Part shown: one piece after another, positions 1 through 10,489 of the stretch
Position numbering within the stretch: position 1 is the first letter of the stretch
Layout of the letters: every line of letters begins with the position of its first letter
Source of the DNA: Gemmatimonadota bacterium
GTDB taxonomy: Bacteria; Latescibacterota; UBA2968; UBA8231
Length of the DNA stretch: 64,000 nucleotides
Direction of reading: 5' to 3'
Assembly: GCA_038153405.1 (NCBI GenBank)
Contig: JAYOYH010000012.1
Location: 32,001 to 96,000, forward strand
The notes under the pieces: generated by a model
The model's input: the letters and a program-made list of their open reading frames with translations, nothing else
Database searches by the model: none
What the model was told of the DNA's origin: nothing
Made by a program: the position numbers and the translations under genes

Positions 1-102
1 AACCAATTCGCCGCCCTTAGCCATCCTGAATGCGGGTATAAATCCCCAGTCGGAAATACCCGCCGTGCTGATAATGCCCCATCGCAGTGTGTTATTGGTC
101 AT
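1..102 (-). CDS. Gfo/Idh/MocA family oxidoreductase, N-terminal fragment (runs off the window edge)
   Basis: Not in the ORF track. Minus strand from ATG at 102 reads MTNNTLRWGIISTAGISDWGFIPAFRMAKGGELV, a typical Gfo/Idh/MocA Rossmann start (LRWGIIST). GGAGAGGAG ribosome-binding site just upstream. Confidence 0.7.
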   Translation of the reverse strand, partial: MTNNTLRWGIISTAGISDWGFIPAFRMAKGGELV

Positions 103-141
103 GGCAATCTCCTCTCCGTTTCTATCTAATTGTTCGCCGCA

Positions 142-2040
142 TCAGTAGGCAATGGCCAGCGTGCCCATGTGCCGCTCTTCAAAGGCGTTGGCACGCACCC
201 GCAGCACCCAGACGTAGGTACCCGGCAGCAGGCGCATGCCGTCCAACGTGCCGTCCCAGGCCAGCTGCACTGGACCAATGCCGCGCTCTTCGTCGAGCAG
301 CGCACCGAGTCGGCGTCCAGCCAAGTCGTAAATTTCTAATTGCACGGGGGCTGGACGCGTGAGTTGCAGCACGTTGAAAAAGACGTCCCAAGCGTCGTTG
401 ACCCCATCGCCATTGGGCGTAAAAGTGCGCGTATCTATGGCGATATCGCCGACTAATTTGCCGATCTGCGGCTTGGGAATAGCCACCGACAGGCCCGATA
501 ATTCGGCGATATCAGCCGGCTCGAACTGCACCGCGTCACCCGGCGTAAAGGCCTGCGGCACCTCGGGCGCGCGGCTGGTGTAGGCGCGACCGGAAAAGGT
601 CGTGCCAAAGCGAAAAATTGGCAGATCAAAGGTCAGTTCGAGCAGTGCACCCTCGTCGCGCACCTGGGCAAAACTGATGCCGAAGCCATCGCTCTCGATA
701 AAGTCGACGTTATATTCATAGGGCTCGCCGTTGAGCTTGACCTCGCGCACGGCCGATGCGGCAACGCCCGTATCGACTTCTATGCGGTCGAAGCCGCGCA
801 CGGCACCGCCAACCTGAAACAGGCGCACAGCGTAGCGAAACGTAGCCGCTTTTTCCGCTTCGGCTAGGCGCGGAAAAACTTCGGCCACTAGGCGCCCGGC
901 AATCGGCGGCTGGATATAGGCAAAGGACATCTCGTCGACGCGACGCGCGGCAAAGAGGTCGCCGTTAAACTCGAACTGAAACTGCACGTAGCGACGCGGA
1001 TTGGGCGCGGCGATTAAATCGCCGTTGCTGGCGGCAAACCACGGGCTCCAGCGGTCCGTATCCTCGACAATACCGCCGCGCGACGTGGGCACGAGTTCGG
1101 CGTATTCCTGGCGCGTCACCTCGACATAGGTTCCCTCGCCCGGCAAGACGCCTGGAATAAACTCGCGAAAGACCAGCGGCGTGTCGTCTAAGCCGGTGCG
1201 CACGCGCACAGATAGCGACGAAAACTCGGGCGTGCCCAGCGCATCCTCAACCCAGTCCACCGCGCCGATCGCCGCGCGGTCACCCATATCGATGATGTCG
1301 GTATAGTAGGCGCCGCGGCGCAAAAAACCCGTGCCGTAGACTTCGACTTCGTCAATTTCAAAGGGCTGGTCGACCAGCGACTTTATTTTGACGTAGCGCG
1401 CATACTGCGACGGCACTTCGATATCGACGATCGGCTCTTCGTTCTCCGCATCGCGCGCCACCAAGACGTCGGGCGTGGTAAAGCTGTCGAGCGCCTCGTT
1501 GATCCACACTTCGTAGCCGCGCAGAAAGTCGTTGTGAAAAGGAGCCGACGGCGTCTCAACCACCGTGTTGCGCGGATAGAAGCGCACGCGCGATACGCCG
1601 ACGGGCGAGCCAAAGTCGAGAATCAGCCAGATGCCGCGCGTCGTCACGCGCGGCTCAAAGAGCGTTGGCTTGCGCTCGAAGGCGAGTTCGTGATCGCCGT
1701 TTACCACACCCTCGAGCTGGGACGGCGGAATGCGGCCCGACGTCGGCGCGGTGACCTTGCCGCTGACCAATACGCGCGCGGCAATATTCTCGCTTTCGTC
1801 AAAGCGCAGCGGCGCGATCCAACCCGGACTATAGTCGTAGTCGATGCTGCCATCGGGCGAGTTGGTCCGTTCGACCTCTCCGCTAAACGAATTGAGTACA
1901 AAGACCGGATCGGTGCCCAGACCACCGCCGCGCCAAGGGCGGACCGGCCCCCCGAGGACAAAGGTCTGGGCCGGCTGTGCTACCGCACCGACGGTGCACC
2001 CTAGCAGCGCCAACCACGCTATCAGCTGCATGCGTCTCAT
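142..2040 (-). CDS. Secreted protein with discoidin/F5-8-like domain and C-terminal FlgD-Ig / type-B CTD-like domain (632 aa)
   Basis: Start moved to ATG 2040 (ATGA overlap with upstream stop), giving signal peptide MRRMQLIAWLALLGCTVGAVA. Discoidin-like ILDFGSPVGVSRVRFYPR...EIDEVEVYG. C-terminal FTPNGDGVND...IYDLAGRRL...WDG...PGTY. Confidence 0.8.
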   Translation of the reverse strand: MRRMQLIAWLALLGCTVGAVAQPAQTFVLGGPVRPWRGGGLGTDPVFVLNSFSGEVERTNSPDGSIDYDYSPGWIAPLRFDESENIAARVLVSGKVTAPTSGRIPPSQLEGVVNGDHELAFERKPTLFEPRVTTRGIWLILDFGSPVGVSRVRFYPRNTVVETPSAPFHNDFLRGYEVWINEALDSFTTPDVLVARDAENEEPIVDIEVPSQYARYVKIKSLVDQPFEIDEVEVYGTGFLRRGAYYTDIIDMGDRAAIGAVDWVEDALGTPEFSSLSVRVRTGLDDTPLVFREFIPGVLPGEGTYVEVTRQEYAELVPTSRGGIVEDTDRWSPWFAASNGDLIAAPNPRRYVQFQFEFNGDLFAARRVDEMSFAYIQPPIAGRLVAEVFPRLAEAEKAATFRYAVRLFQVGGAVRGFDRIEVDTGVAASAVREVKLNGEPYEYNVDFIESDGFGISFAQVRDEGALLELTFDLPIFRFGTTFSGRAYTSRAPEVPQAFTPGDAVQFEPADIAELSGLSVAIPKPQIGKLVGDIAIDTRTFTPNGDGVNDAWDVFFNVLQLTRPAPVQLEIYDLAGRRLGALLDEERGIGPVQLAWDGTLDGMRLLPGTYVWVLRVRANAFEERHMGTLAIAY

Positions 2041-4781
2041 TGATTTAACCCCGCCGTCACCGTCATAAAGACCGTGCTGGCATCCTGGCGCTGGGCCCCT
2101 TTGAGACTGCGCCGCTGAAGCTGTGCCCCAGTGCGCGTAACAATCTGGTAGCCCTGATAGGCCGTTTGGTTGCGCAGCTGCACTACACCGGTCCACGACG
2201 TGGCGTCGCGTTCAGCGCCTGGGCGCATGCCTTCGAGCAGCCACAGGCGGCCTGCTTCAATGCCTATCTGCAGTTCGGTGCTAAAGAGCTGACGGCCGTA
2301 TTTGGGGAAGTAGCTGACGCCGATACTCTCGGCCAACAGCGGCTGGGTCCACATGAGAATGGCCAGCTGTTCGACGCTTTCCGAAGCCGGCAGGCGGCGG
2401 CTAAAGGGCCGTTCGCGCCGGTACTCGCTCTTCCAGCGCGGCTCCAGAACGCCCAAGCCGATGGGTATGCTCCACTCCGCCTTGTTGATCACGCCGACGA
2501 AAAAGCTGGTCTTGCGCCCTTCGCGCTGGCGCGTCGCTTCGGCCGTTTCGCGCTGTTGAGACCAGTCCCACTTTACGCGGTGAAAGAGCCGCACGCCGCG
2601 ACCTAGACGCTGGTCCACGTCGGCGTAGAGCGCATTTTTCCACGCGTCTAGGCCGGGCAGAACATCGCGCACGTCGATCATGCGCCCGGGCGCATCGAGC
2701 GGCTGCACCCACTGGCGCAGGTCGTCTGCTATATCGTCCTCGACGCGCGCCCCGTGCGCGGCCAAGCGCAGGCGTCCTCCGCGACCCAGCGCGTGTGCCA
2801 GCGTCGCCATGTAATAGTGCGAGCGCGTGCGACCATCGCCGGATAGGAGGCGCATATCCTGACGACCCCATACCCATTTTAGCCCGGGTATGATATCTAC
2901 CTGCACAAAGGCATTATAACCGCTGTGGTCCTTTTTGTAGGGGTAGTCCGGCAAAATGTCGTTCTCAAAACGATCTATCGTGCCGTTGTGGTTCATGTCG
3001 AGGCCAAAGAGAAATTCCGGCCGGTCGGAGCGATAGCGCAGAAAGGGCTCTTCGTAGTCGGGCAGTAAATTGCCGTTTTGGTTGTAATCGTTGAGGAAGT
3101 CGCCGTTTTCATCCAGGCCCGGCCAGGCAATCTCGCGCCGATCGGATTGGATCGTGCCGGCGCGCTGCGCCGCGTCGCTGCCCCAGTTGACAAAGAACGG
3201 ACGCTGCCATTCGGTTAGCCCGTTGAGATCGTCGTCGTCATCGACGAACTCGTAGAGCTGCGGTATCGGATTCTTATAGCGGATGCGCCCGCTCTGGTCG
3301 CTGATCCAATAATTGGTGCTGTAGTCGTCTTCAATGGAGAATAGTTCGGCAAAGAGCGTCCACGCGCCGCGCCGATACTGCGCGTCGAGATAGGAGGCCG
3401 ACGAGAGGTCGGCGCGCTCATAATGATCGGAAATAGCCGGATTGGGATAGCGGAAAAAACGGCGATTAAGCACGAACTCACCCTGCAGCGACAGGCCGCC
3501 CCAGTCCACGAGGTTCCAGTCGACGCCGATGAGTTCGCTGGCCGTCGGCAGCCCGTAGTCGAGGTGCACGACGCGGGTATTGCTGTTGTCCTGCACGTTT
3601 CCGCCCGAGCGCTCAACGGGCAGGAAAACAATTTCGGCATTGCGCGTCTGACCGTCGGTCTGCAGGTCCGATGCCATTTCAATGCGGTAGTCATTGGCCA
3701 CCGAGAGCTCGACGGTCACTCGGCGCAAATCGTCCGACTGGATGTCGTCAAAGTCCAAGCTGCCCAGGTCGTATTCGAGTAGGATACCCTCCTCGTCGCG
3801 CGCAAATAGGCGCCCACCCTGCACGATGCCACCCTCGACGGTCGGCAAGAAGCCGATGTCGCGCCCGCGCAGTTGGCGTCCGCTGGTGTCGACGAGCACG
3901 ATATCAAAACCGGCCAGCGCCGCGCCAACGGCGCCGCGCCCCGGCGAGTCGTCGCGCACGCGCACCCACAGCTTATCGAGCGGCTGATTCTGGCGCGCAG
4001 TGAGAATGCCGTGCAGCGGATTGCCCTCGTCAAATTGGACCTGTGTCAGCACGTTGTGCGCATTGACATAGGTCAGTCCCAGCGTCGTCTGGGCACCGAA
4101 CTGCGCTTCGACGTGGCCGCCCATGACCGTCGTCGAGTTGGTCTGCGCCTCTTCGTCGGGATTGCTCGGCCGCGAGAGCAGCACTGTGCTGCTGTAGCGC
4201 TCGGCCGCATAGTCGAGCCGCACGCCGTTAAAGCGCGGCTTGTAAAAAGTTAGCGGCGTAAAACGAGTAAAGATCTCATCGCCAATCATCAAGCGATAGG
4301 CGCCGGCGCCGCGCTGGTCCGATGCAATGACTAAGCGGCTAAAAAAATCGCGATAGGCCGGTCGCTGATCGCCCATCAGGCGCAGGCTCGACAAGCCTCC
4401 CAGATTCTTGTCCACCACGCTGCCGCGCGGTCCGGGCTGCTCCTGCGTCCAGCTGTAGACGAGCCAACCGCGTCCCAGCGGATTGCCAAAGGTATCGTAG
4501 GATTCTTCTCCTTCGAGCAGGCGGCTGAGATAGCGCGCATAGCCATCGCGCGCATAGTTGCTCTGCTGTGCATACCAAGGACTCATATAGGTCTCGGGCA
4601 AGTAGCGCGGCTCGTACCACTTGTGCAGGGCCGGCGAGACATAGTCCAACTCAAACGCCTCACCGTAGGGATTGATCGTGGCCGTGCCCCAGCGCCGCGG
4701 ATCGACTTCGCGCCCCTGGCCCCAGGCTGTCGCGCAGAGGACGAGCAGCCACAGCACGCTATGCAAGCACACGCCGTTCAA
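2037..4781 (-). CDS. Large hypothetical exported protein, probable outer-membrane beta-barrel with Ca-binding-like repeats (914 aa)
   Basis: Long ORF with TTG start overlapping the upstream stop, signal peptide ending ATAWG, many alternating amphipathic strands, DxNxNG-type repeats, and terminal strand VFMTVTAGLNQ. Confidence 0.7.
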   Translation of the reverse strand: MNGVCLHSVLWLLVLCATAWGQGREVDPRRWGTATINPYGEAFELDYVSPALHKWYEPRYLPETYMSPWYAQQSNYARDGYARYLSRLLEGEESYDTFGNPLGRGWLVYSWTQEQPGPRGSVVDKNLGGLSSLRLMGDQRPAYRDFFSRLVIASDQRGAGAYRLMIGDEIFTRFTPLTFYKPRFNGVRLDYAAERYSSTVLLSRPSNPDEEAQTNSTTVMGGHVEAQFGAQTTLGLTYVNAHNVLTQVQFDEGNPLHGILTARQNQPLDKLWVRVRDDSPGRGAVGAALAGFDIVLVDTSGRQLRGRDIGFLPTVEGGIVQGGRLFARDEEGILLEYDLGSLDFDDIQSDDLRRVTVELSVANDYRIEMASDLQTDGQTRNAEIVFLPVERSGGNVQDNSNTRVVHLDYGLPTASELIGVDWNLVDWGGLSLQGEFVLNRRFFRYPNPAISDHYERADLSSASYLDAQYRRGAWTLFAELFSIEDDYSTNYWISDQSGRIRYKNPIPQLYEFVDDDDDLNGLTEWQRPFFVNWGSDAAQRAGTIQSDRREIAWPGLDENGDFLNDYNQNGNLLPDYEEPFLRYRSDRPEFLFGLDMNHNGTIDRFENDILPDYPYKKDHSGYNAFVQVDIIPGLKWVWGRQDMRLLSGDGRTRSHYYMATLAHALGRGGRLRLAAHGARVEDDIADDLRQWVQPLDAPGRMIDVRDVLPGLDAWKNALYADVDQRLGRGVRLFHRVKWDWSQQRETAEATRQREGRKTSFFVGVINKAEWSIPIGLGVLEPRWKSEYRRERPFSRRLPASESVEQLAILMWTQPLLAESIGVSYFPKYGRQLFSTELQIGIEAGRLWLLEGMRPGAERDATSWTGVVQLRNQTAYQGYQIVTRTGAQLQRRSLKGAQRQDASTVFMTVTAGLNQ

Positions 4782-7303
4782 TAGACCACGTGTATCAGGC
4801 GCACGACCTGCGTACCCTCCGCTGCGCTATCGGTGCCAAAGCGCACCTGTACCGCGTAAATGCCCGGGTGGACGAGCGCGCCGCGTTCATCGCGCCCATC
4901 CCATGCGACGACGTGCTCGCCGCTGGGGCGCACGCGCCGCGTCGATAGGTCGCGCACCCGATGCCCTGACAGGTCAAAAATCCCGATGCCGAGCTCTTTT
5001 TCACCCTCCACATGATAGACCGACAGCTCGATGGATACCCGGTCGTTGATGCCGTCGTCGTTGGGCGTAAACACATTGGGGTTCACCACTACGTCGCGCA
5101 GCAGCTGCGTATCTTCTAAATCGGATACGACGACCAGCGTCTGCGACGAAACCAGCGCACTGGCGTCGCCGCTGCTAACGCGCTGCACGCGCCCGGGCCG
5201 CGTCTGCCGCTCGAGCTCGACGCTAAACACCGTGCTCTGCAGAAATACCTTGGTTCTGAACTTCAGCTCATAGATCTGGTTGCCCCTCAGCACGGGGCTG
5301 GGAAAGCGCAGGGCCACCGCCCCATCGGCATCTCGCTCGTCCTGCAGCACGCCCGGCCACAGGTCGCTCCCTCCTCCCAAGCGCAGCGCGGCATCGGCGC
5401 CTGCGCGCACCGAGACCAATTCGATGTGCACGTCCGACGACGAGCGCAGGCGCATCAGATCAAAGCCCGGATTGCCGCTGGCAAACTGCGGTTTCACATA
5501 TAGGATGAACTCGCGCTCGATGCCCGGCTCTACCTGCCAAATAGGCCAGATCTCGCCCAGCACGTTGTCGACGAGCGGCGGCTCAAAGTTGAGCTGCAGC
5601 GAACGGATGCGCGCAGCGCGCAGCGGCTCGCGCGAAACTAGTCGCACTTCGACCTGTGCATAGCCGCGCGGACTGGGCGACTTAAAGTCGACGCCCGAGC
5701 CCTCGTACATCTCGCTCCAACTGCTCCAATCGGGTCCCGCGCGCTCCTCAATGACGACGGCTGGACGGCGGCTCTCTGGAATCAGCTCCCACAGCGTCTT
5801 GGATATCTCGCGGCCGGTGATGGCAAAGTAGTGTGGAATTTCTTCGATCTGCTCACCGGTGCGGGTGCGCACCTCGATACGCGTGCCCGGCGGCGCATCG
5901 CCATCCCATTCTATCGTGGTAAAAAGGCGCGGCCGATTGAGGCGAATAAAGGGCGAGACCATCGCCACTTCCGAGACGTAGCCCTCGCCAAAGGCCTGCA
6001 CCTCGCTGAGTTCGCCGCTCTCTTCGCCCGTATTGCTGAATTCGAGGCGACGCACCTCGATGTAGCGCACTTCGCGCGTGCTGAACAACTCCTCGACGTG
6101 CTGATAGCCGCTCAGATTCTGGCGCTCGCCCAGCGAAGTCCACACTTGTTCGCCGTTGGCGCTAAACGCCCCGTCGGATATGCGCAGCTGATAAGCCGGC
6201 GGCGGTCCCTCCGGCATCAGCAGCTTGATGCGGTTGAGCCAGTACTTGGCACCCAGATCGAGCACCAGTTGGTTCTCGTCGGTCACCGGATCGTAAATGC
6301 GCATGGGAAAGGCCGAGCTGTAGAGACCGTCGGTGTAAATGCGAAAAAAGAGAAATTCGAACCCGCTCTCGCCGGCGCCCAACTCGCGCTCGCTCTGCGT
6401 GAGTTGCACGATATTTTCCCCCAGCGAATAGACCTCGACCTCGGCCAGGCGCGGGCGTTCGTGGCGGTAGTAGCGCACGGGGCCGCGCTCCGCTTCGGCC
6501 AGCGCGCTCCACACCTCTTCGCCAATGAGTATTTCGCGACCGGCAGGCGTGACGCGGAAATAGTCGACGGCGCCCTGGTCTTCTTCGGGCAGCAGCGCAT
6601 AGTCGGCGTTCGACACTTCTTCGGCGCGCGGTCCGTCCGTGTCGAGCACATCGATGCGCAGGTACTGCATCACCTCGCCGACGATGCCCTCCGGCACGGG
6701 GCGCTGCGGTTCGATATCAAAGACGTATTCGCGCTGGTCTTTGTTGGGCTGCGTCTCCAATCCAACGCGATAGAAGCGCCGACGCTGCTCTTCGCCAAAG
6801 CGCTGGCCGTCCGAGGCGACTACGCGAAACTTCAAGAAGGGATCGCCCTGTTCCCTGTCTACAAAGCGCAACACCACTCGGTGAGCCACTACGGCACGGC
6901 CCAGATCGACCTCGATAAACCAGTTGTCGATCGGCGTATCGCGCAGCGGCTCCCAATACGTCAGCGCGTCGCCGTCGAGCACCAGCGGACCGTCGAGCAC
7001 GTTGCTGCCGGCCTCGTGCACGCCGCCCTGCAGCGTGTCGTTGGACACAAAGGGATTGACGTAGACAAAGCGCTCTGCGTCGAGCGAGACGTTGATATCG
7101 CTGCGCAGAAAGCGCGGCTCTACCGCACCGTCATCGCCGAGAACTTGCACGCCGGGCGGCGTTTTCCACAGCTGCCAATCTTCGGCCCGATCGATGCGCA
7201 CCTGCGTGGATAGCAGTCGATAGCCCAAGGAATCTTGCGCACTGGCGGCCTTAAGTAAACAGAGGGCGCACAAGAGCGTGCATCGCACGGAAAAAGAGAG
7301 CAA
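4778..7303 (-). CDS. Secreted protein with two discoidin-like domains and C-terminal FlgD-Ig / type-B CTD-like domain (841 aa)
   Basis: Signal peptide ending KAASA. Motifs FIEVDLGRAVVAHRVVLRF and LVLDLGAKYWLNRIKL. C-terminal PNVFTPNDDGIND...IFDLSGHRVRDL...WDGRDERG...PGIY. Confidence 0.8.
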   Translation of the reverse strand: MLSFSVRCTLLCALCLLKAASAQDSLGYRLLSTQVRIDRAEDWQLWKTPPGVQVLGDDGAVEPRFLRSDINVSLDAERFVYVNPFVSNDTLQGGVHEAGSNVLDGPLVLDGDALTYWEPLRDTPIDNWFIEVDLGRAVVAHRVVLRFVDREQGDPFLKFRVVASDGQRFGEEQRRRFYRVGLETQPNKDQREYVFDIEPQRPVPEGIVGEVMQYLRIDVLDTDGPRAEEVSNADYALLPEEDQGAVDYFRVTPAGREILIGEEVWSALAEAERGPVRYYRHERPRLAEVEVYSLGENIVQLTQSERELGAGESGFEFLFFRIYTDGLYSSAFPMRIYDPVTDENQLVLDLGAKYWLNRIKLLMPEGPPPAYQLRISDGAFSANGEQVWTSLGERQNLSGYQHVEELFSTREVRYIEVRRLEFSNTGEESGELSEVQAFGEGYVSEVAMVSPFIRLNRPRLFTTIEWDGDAPPGTRIEVRTRTGEQIEEIPHYFAITGREISKTLWELIPESRRPAVVIEERAGPDWSSWSEMYEGSGVDFKSPSPRGYAQVEVRLVSREPLRAARIRSLQLNFEPPLVDNVLGEIWPIWQVEPGIEREFILYVKPQFASGNPGFDLMRLRSSSDVHIELVSVRAGADAALRLGGGSDLWPGVLQDERDADGAVALRFPSPVLRGNQIYELKFRTKVFLQSTVFSVELERQTRPGRVQRVSSGDASALVSSQTLVVVSDLEDTQLLRDVVVNPNVFTPNDDGINDRVSIELSVYHVEGEKELGIGIFDLSGHRVRDLSTRRVRPSGEHVVAWDGRDERGALVHPGIYAVQVRFGTDSAAEGTQVVRLIHVVY

Positions 7304-7521
7304 ATAGATTCGACCTAACCTGAATAAATCGGAGCAACAGACGGGAATTGTGCTATACAGACGCGCGATTAAACAAAGTGGAGAACGCCCGTTGCCGCAA
7401 TACGGCCGCCTGCCCGACGCGCACCTATTGTCAAGCAGTGGATTTGGACGTACTTATACGTGTGACGCGCTCCTGCCGCTTCGGCACGTCGACGATTCAA
7501 TTCATCACAGAGGATCAACCA

Positions 7522-9147
<1,626 letters not shown>

Positions 9148-9177
9148 GCGCGTGGACCAGGTCGACTGATTACCGCG

Positions 9178-9219
9178 GTGCGCCGATGGGCAACAGAGCC
9201 CTTGGTGCACCGTTTTTTT
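9178..9219 (+). terminator. Rho-independent terminator after fumarase
   Basis: Imperfect stem CGGTGCGCCGA...TTGGTGCACCG followed by T7, between convergent genes. Confidence 0.6.
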
Positions 9220-10318
9220 AGTAGGTGTTTTGCGGCTGCGGCCACTGATATTGGGGCACCCAAGGCAGTTCGTAGCCCAGCTGGTGCGCGGCGCGCTGCC
9301 ACCAGCGCGGATCGGCCAGCGCGGCGCGACCGATAAACACGCCATCGGCCTGGCCCGTGCGCAGAATCAGCTCGGCCTGTCGTCCGTCCGTTATCATACC
9401 GACCGTGCCCACGGGCAGGTCGACCTCGGCGCGAATGCGTGCGGCCAGAACGGTCTGATACCCCGGACCGGGATGGACCGGACCATGGGGCACATTGCCA
9501 CCGCTCGATACGTCAATTAAATCTACGCCGCGCTCCTTGGCGCGTTGGACAAATGCAGCAGTGCGCTGCACGTCGCCCTCTACGTCGTGCCAATCGGTCG
9601 CAGAGACGCGCACCAGCAGCGGCATGCTGTCGGGCATCTGCCGACGCATTGCATCGATGACGGCCAGCGGCAGACGCATCCGATTTTCGTCGCTTCCTCC
9701 CCAAGCATCGGAGCGATTATTGACCAACGGACTGAGAAAAGAGCTCAACAGATAACCGTGTGCCCCGTGGATTTCTAGCGCATCAAAGCCCGCCGCAACG
9801 GCGCGTCCAGCCGCCGCCGCAAAATCGCCGATCACCCCGTTGATATCGCCTTCGGTCATAGCCAGCGGCGCGGGGCCGTCGCCGAATGCCGCATCGGTGG
9901 GCCCCAGCGTTTGCCAGCCCCCCTGCGCAGGGGACACGTAGCCTCTCTCTTGGGCAAAGGGCGGATGCGTCGAGGCTTTTCGTCCGGCATGGGCAAGTTG
10001 CACGGCGATCTTGGCACCGTTGTTCTGCGCGTGCACAAAGTCCGTTACGCGCCGCCAACCCGCTACTTGTGCCTCGTTCCACAAACCCGTATCGCGAGGC
10101 GAGATGCGCCCCACCGGATGGACGGCGGTCGCCTCGGCAACAATTAGGGCCGCACCGCCCGTAGCCAGCGATCCCAGGTGCACCAAGTGCCAGTCGTTAG
10201 GCACGCCCGGCGCGCTGTCCGCATCGCACGAGTATTGACACATGGGAGAAACCCAACCGCGGTGACGCAGTTCCAATGAGCGCAGTTGGAGTGGTTCAAA
10301 CAGCAGCGGCTTGTTCAC
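9218..10318 (-). CDS. NADH:flavin oxidoreductase / old yellow enzyme (YqjM/NamA-like)
   Basis: SPMCQYS, QLAHAGRKAS and IHGAHGYLL motifs. Probable GTG start at 10318 after AGAGAGG. Confidence 0.9.
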   Translation of the reverse strand: MNKPLLFEPLQLRSLELRHRGWVSPMCQYSCDADSAPGVPNDWHLVHLGSLATGGAALIVAEATAVHPVGRISPRDTGLWNEAQVAGWRRVTDFVHAQNNGAKIAVQLAHAGRKASTHPPFAQERGYVSPAQGGWQTLGPTDAAFGDGPAPLAMTEGDINGVIGDFAAAAGRAVAAGFDALEIHGAHGYLLSSFLSPLVNNRSDAWGGSDENRMRLPLAVIDAMRRQMPDSMPLLVRVSATDWHDVEGDVQRTAAFVQRAKERGVDLIDVSSGGNVPHGPVHPGPGYQTVLAARIRAEVDLPVGTVGMITDGRQAELILRTGQADGVFIGRAALADPRWWQRAAHQLGYELPWVPQYQWPQPQNTY

Positions 10319-10489
10319 GATAATCCTCTCTCGTACACAGTGTTCAATAGGTCGGCAACGCCTAACATATGGACGCACACTGGGCGCGCAATCCGTCGCG
10401 GTACGCGCCGCATTTTGCCATGAGCCCTACGCTATGCCGATATTATGGGCCGTTTCGTCTCACCCAAAAATAACTACGAGAGTAGGACG

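Noticed and set aside
2041..2196. Extended N-termini in the ORF track (also 7348-7521, 29823-29933, 35950-36180, 56347-56457)
   Set aside because: They overlap neighbouring genes or promoter gaps. Downstream starts give better RBS, signal peptides or stop/start coupling.
5831..7213. 460-aa plus-strand ORF
   Set aside because: It lies fully antisense to the 841-aa CTD protein, has no recognisable motifs and is a typical high-GC shadow frame.
10319..10489. Possible Moco riboswitch upstream of moeA
   Set aside because: I could not recognise the conserved structure. The gap looks like a plain divergent promoter region. An Rfam scan would settle it.
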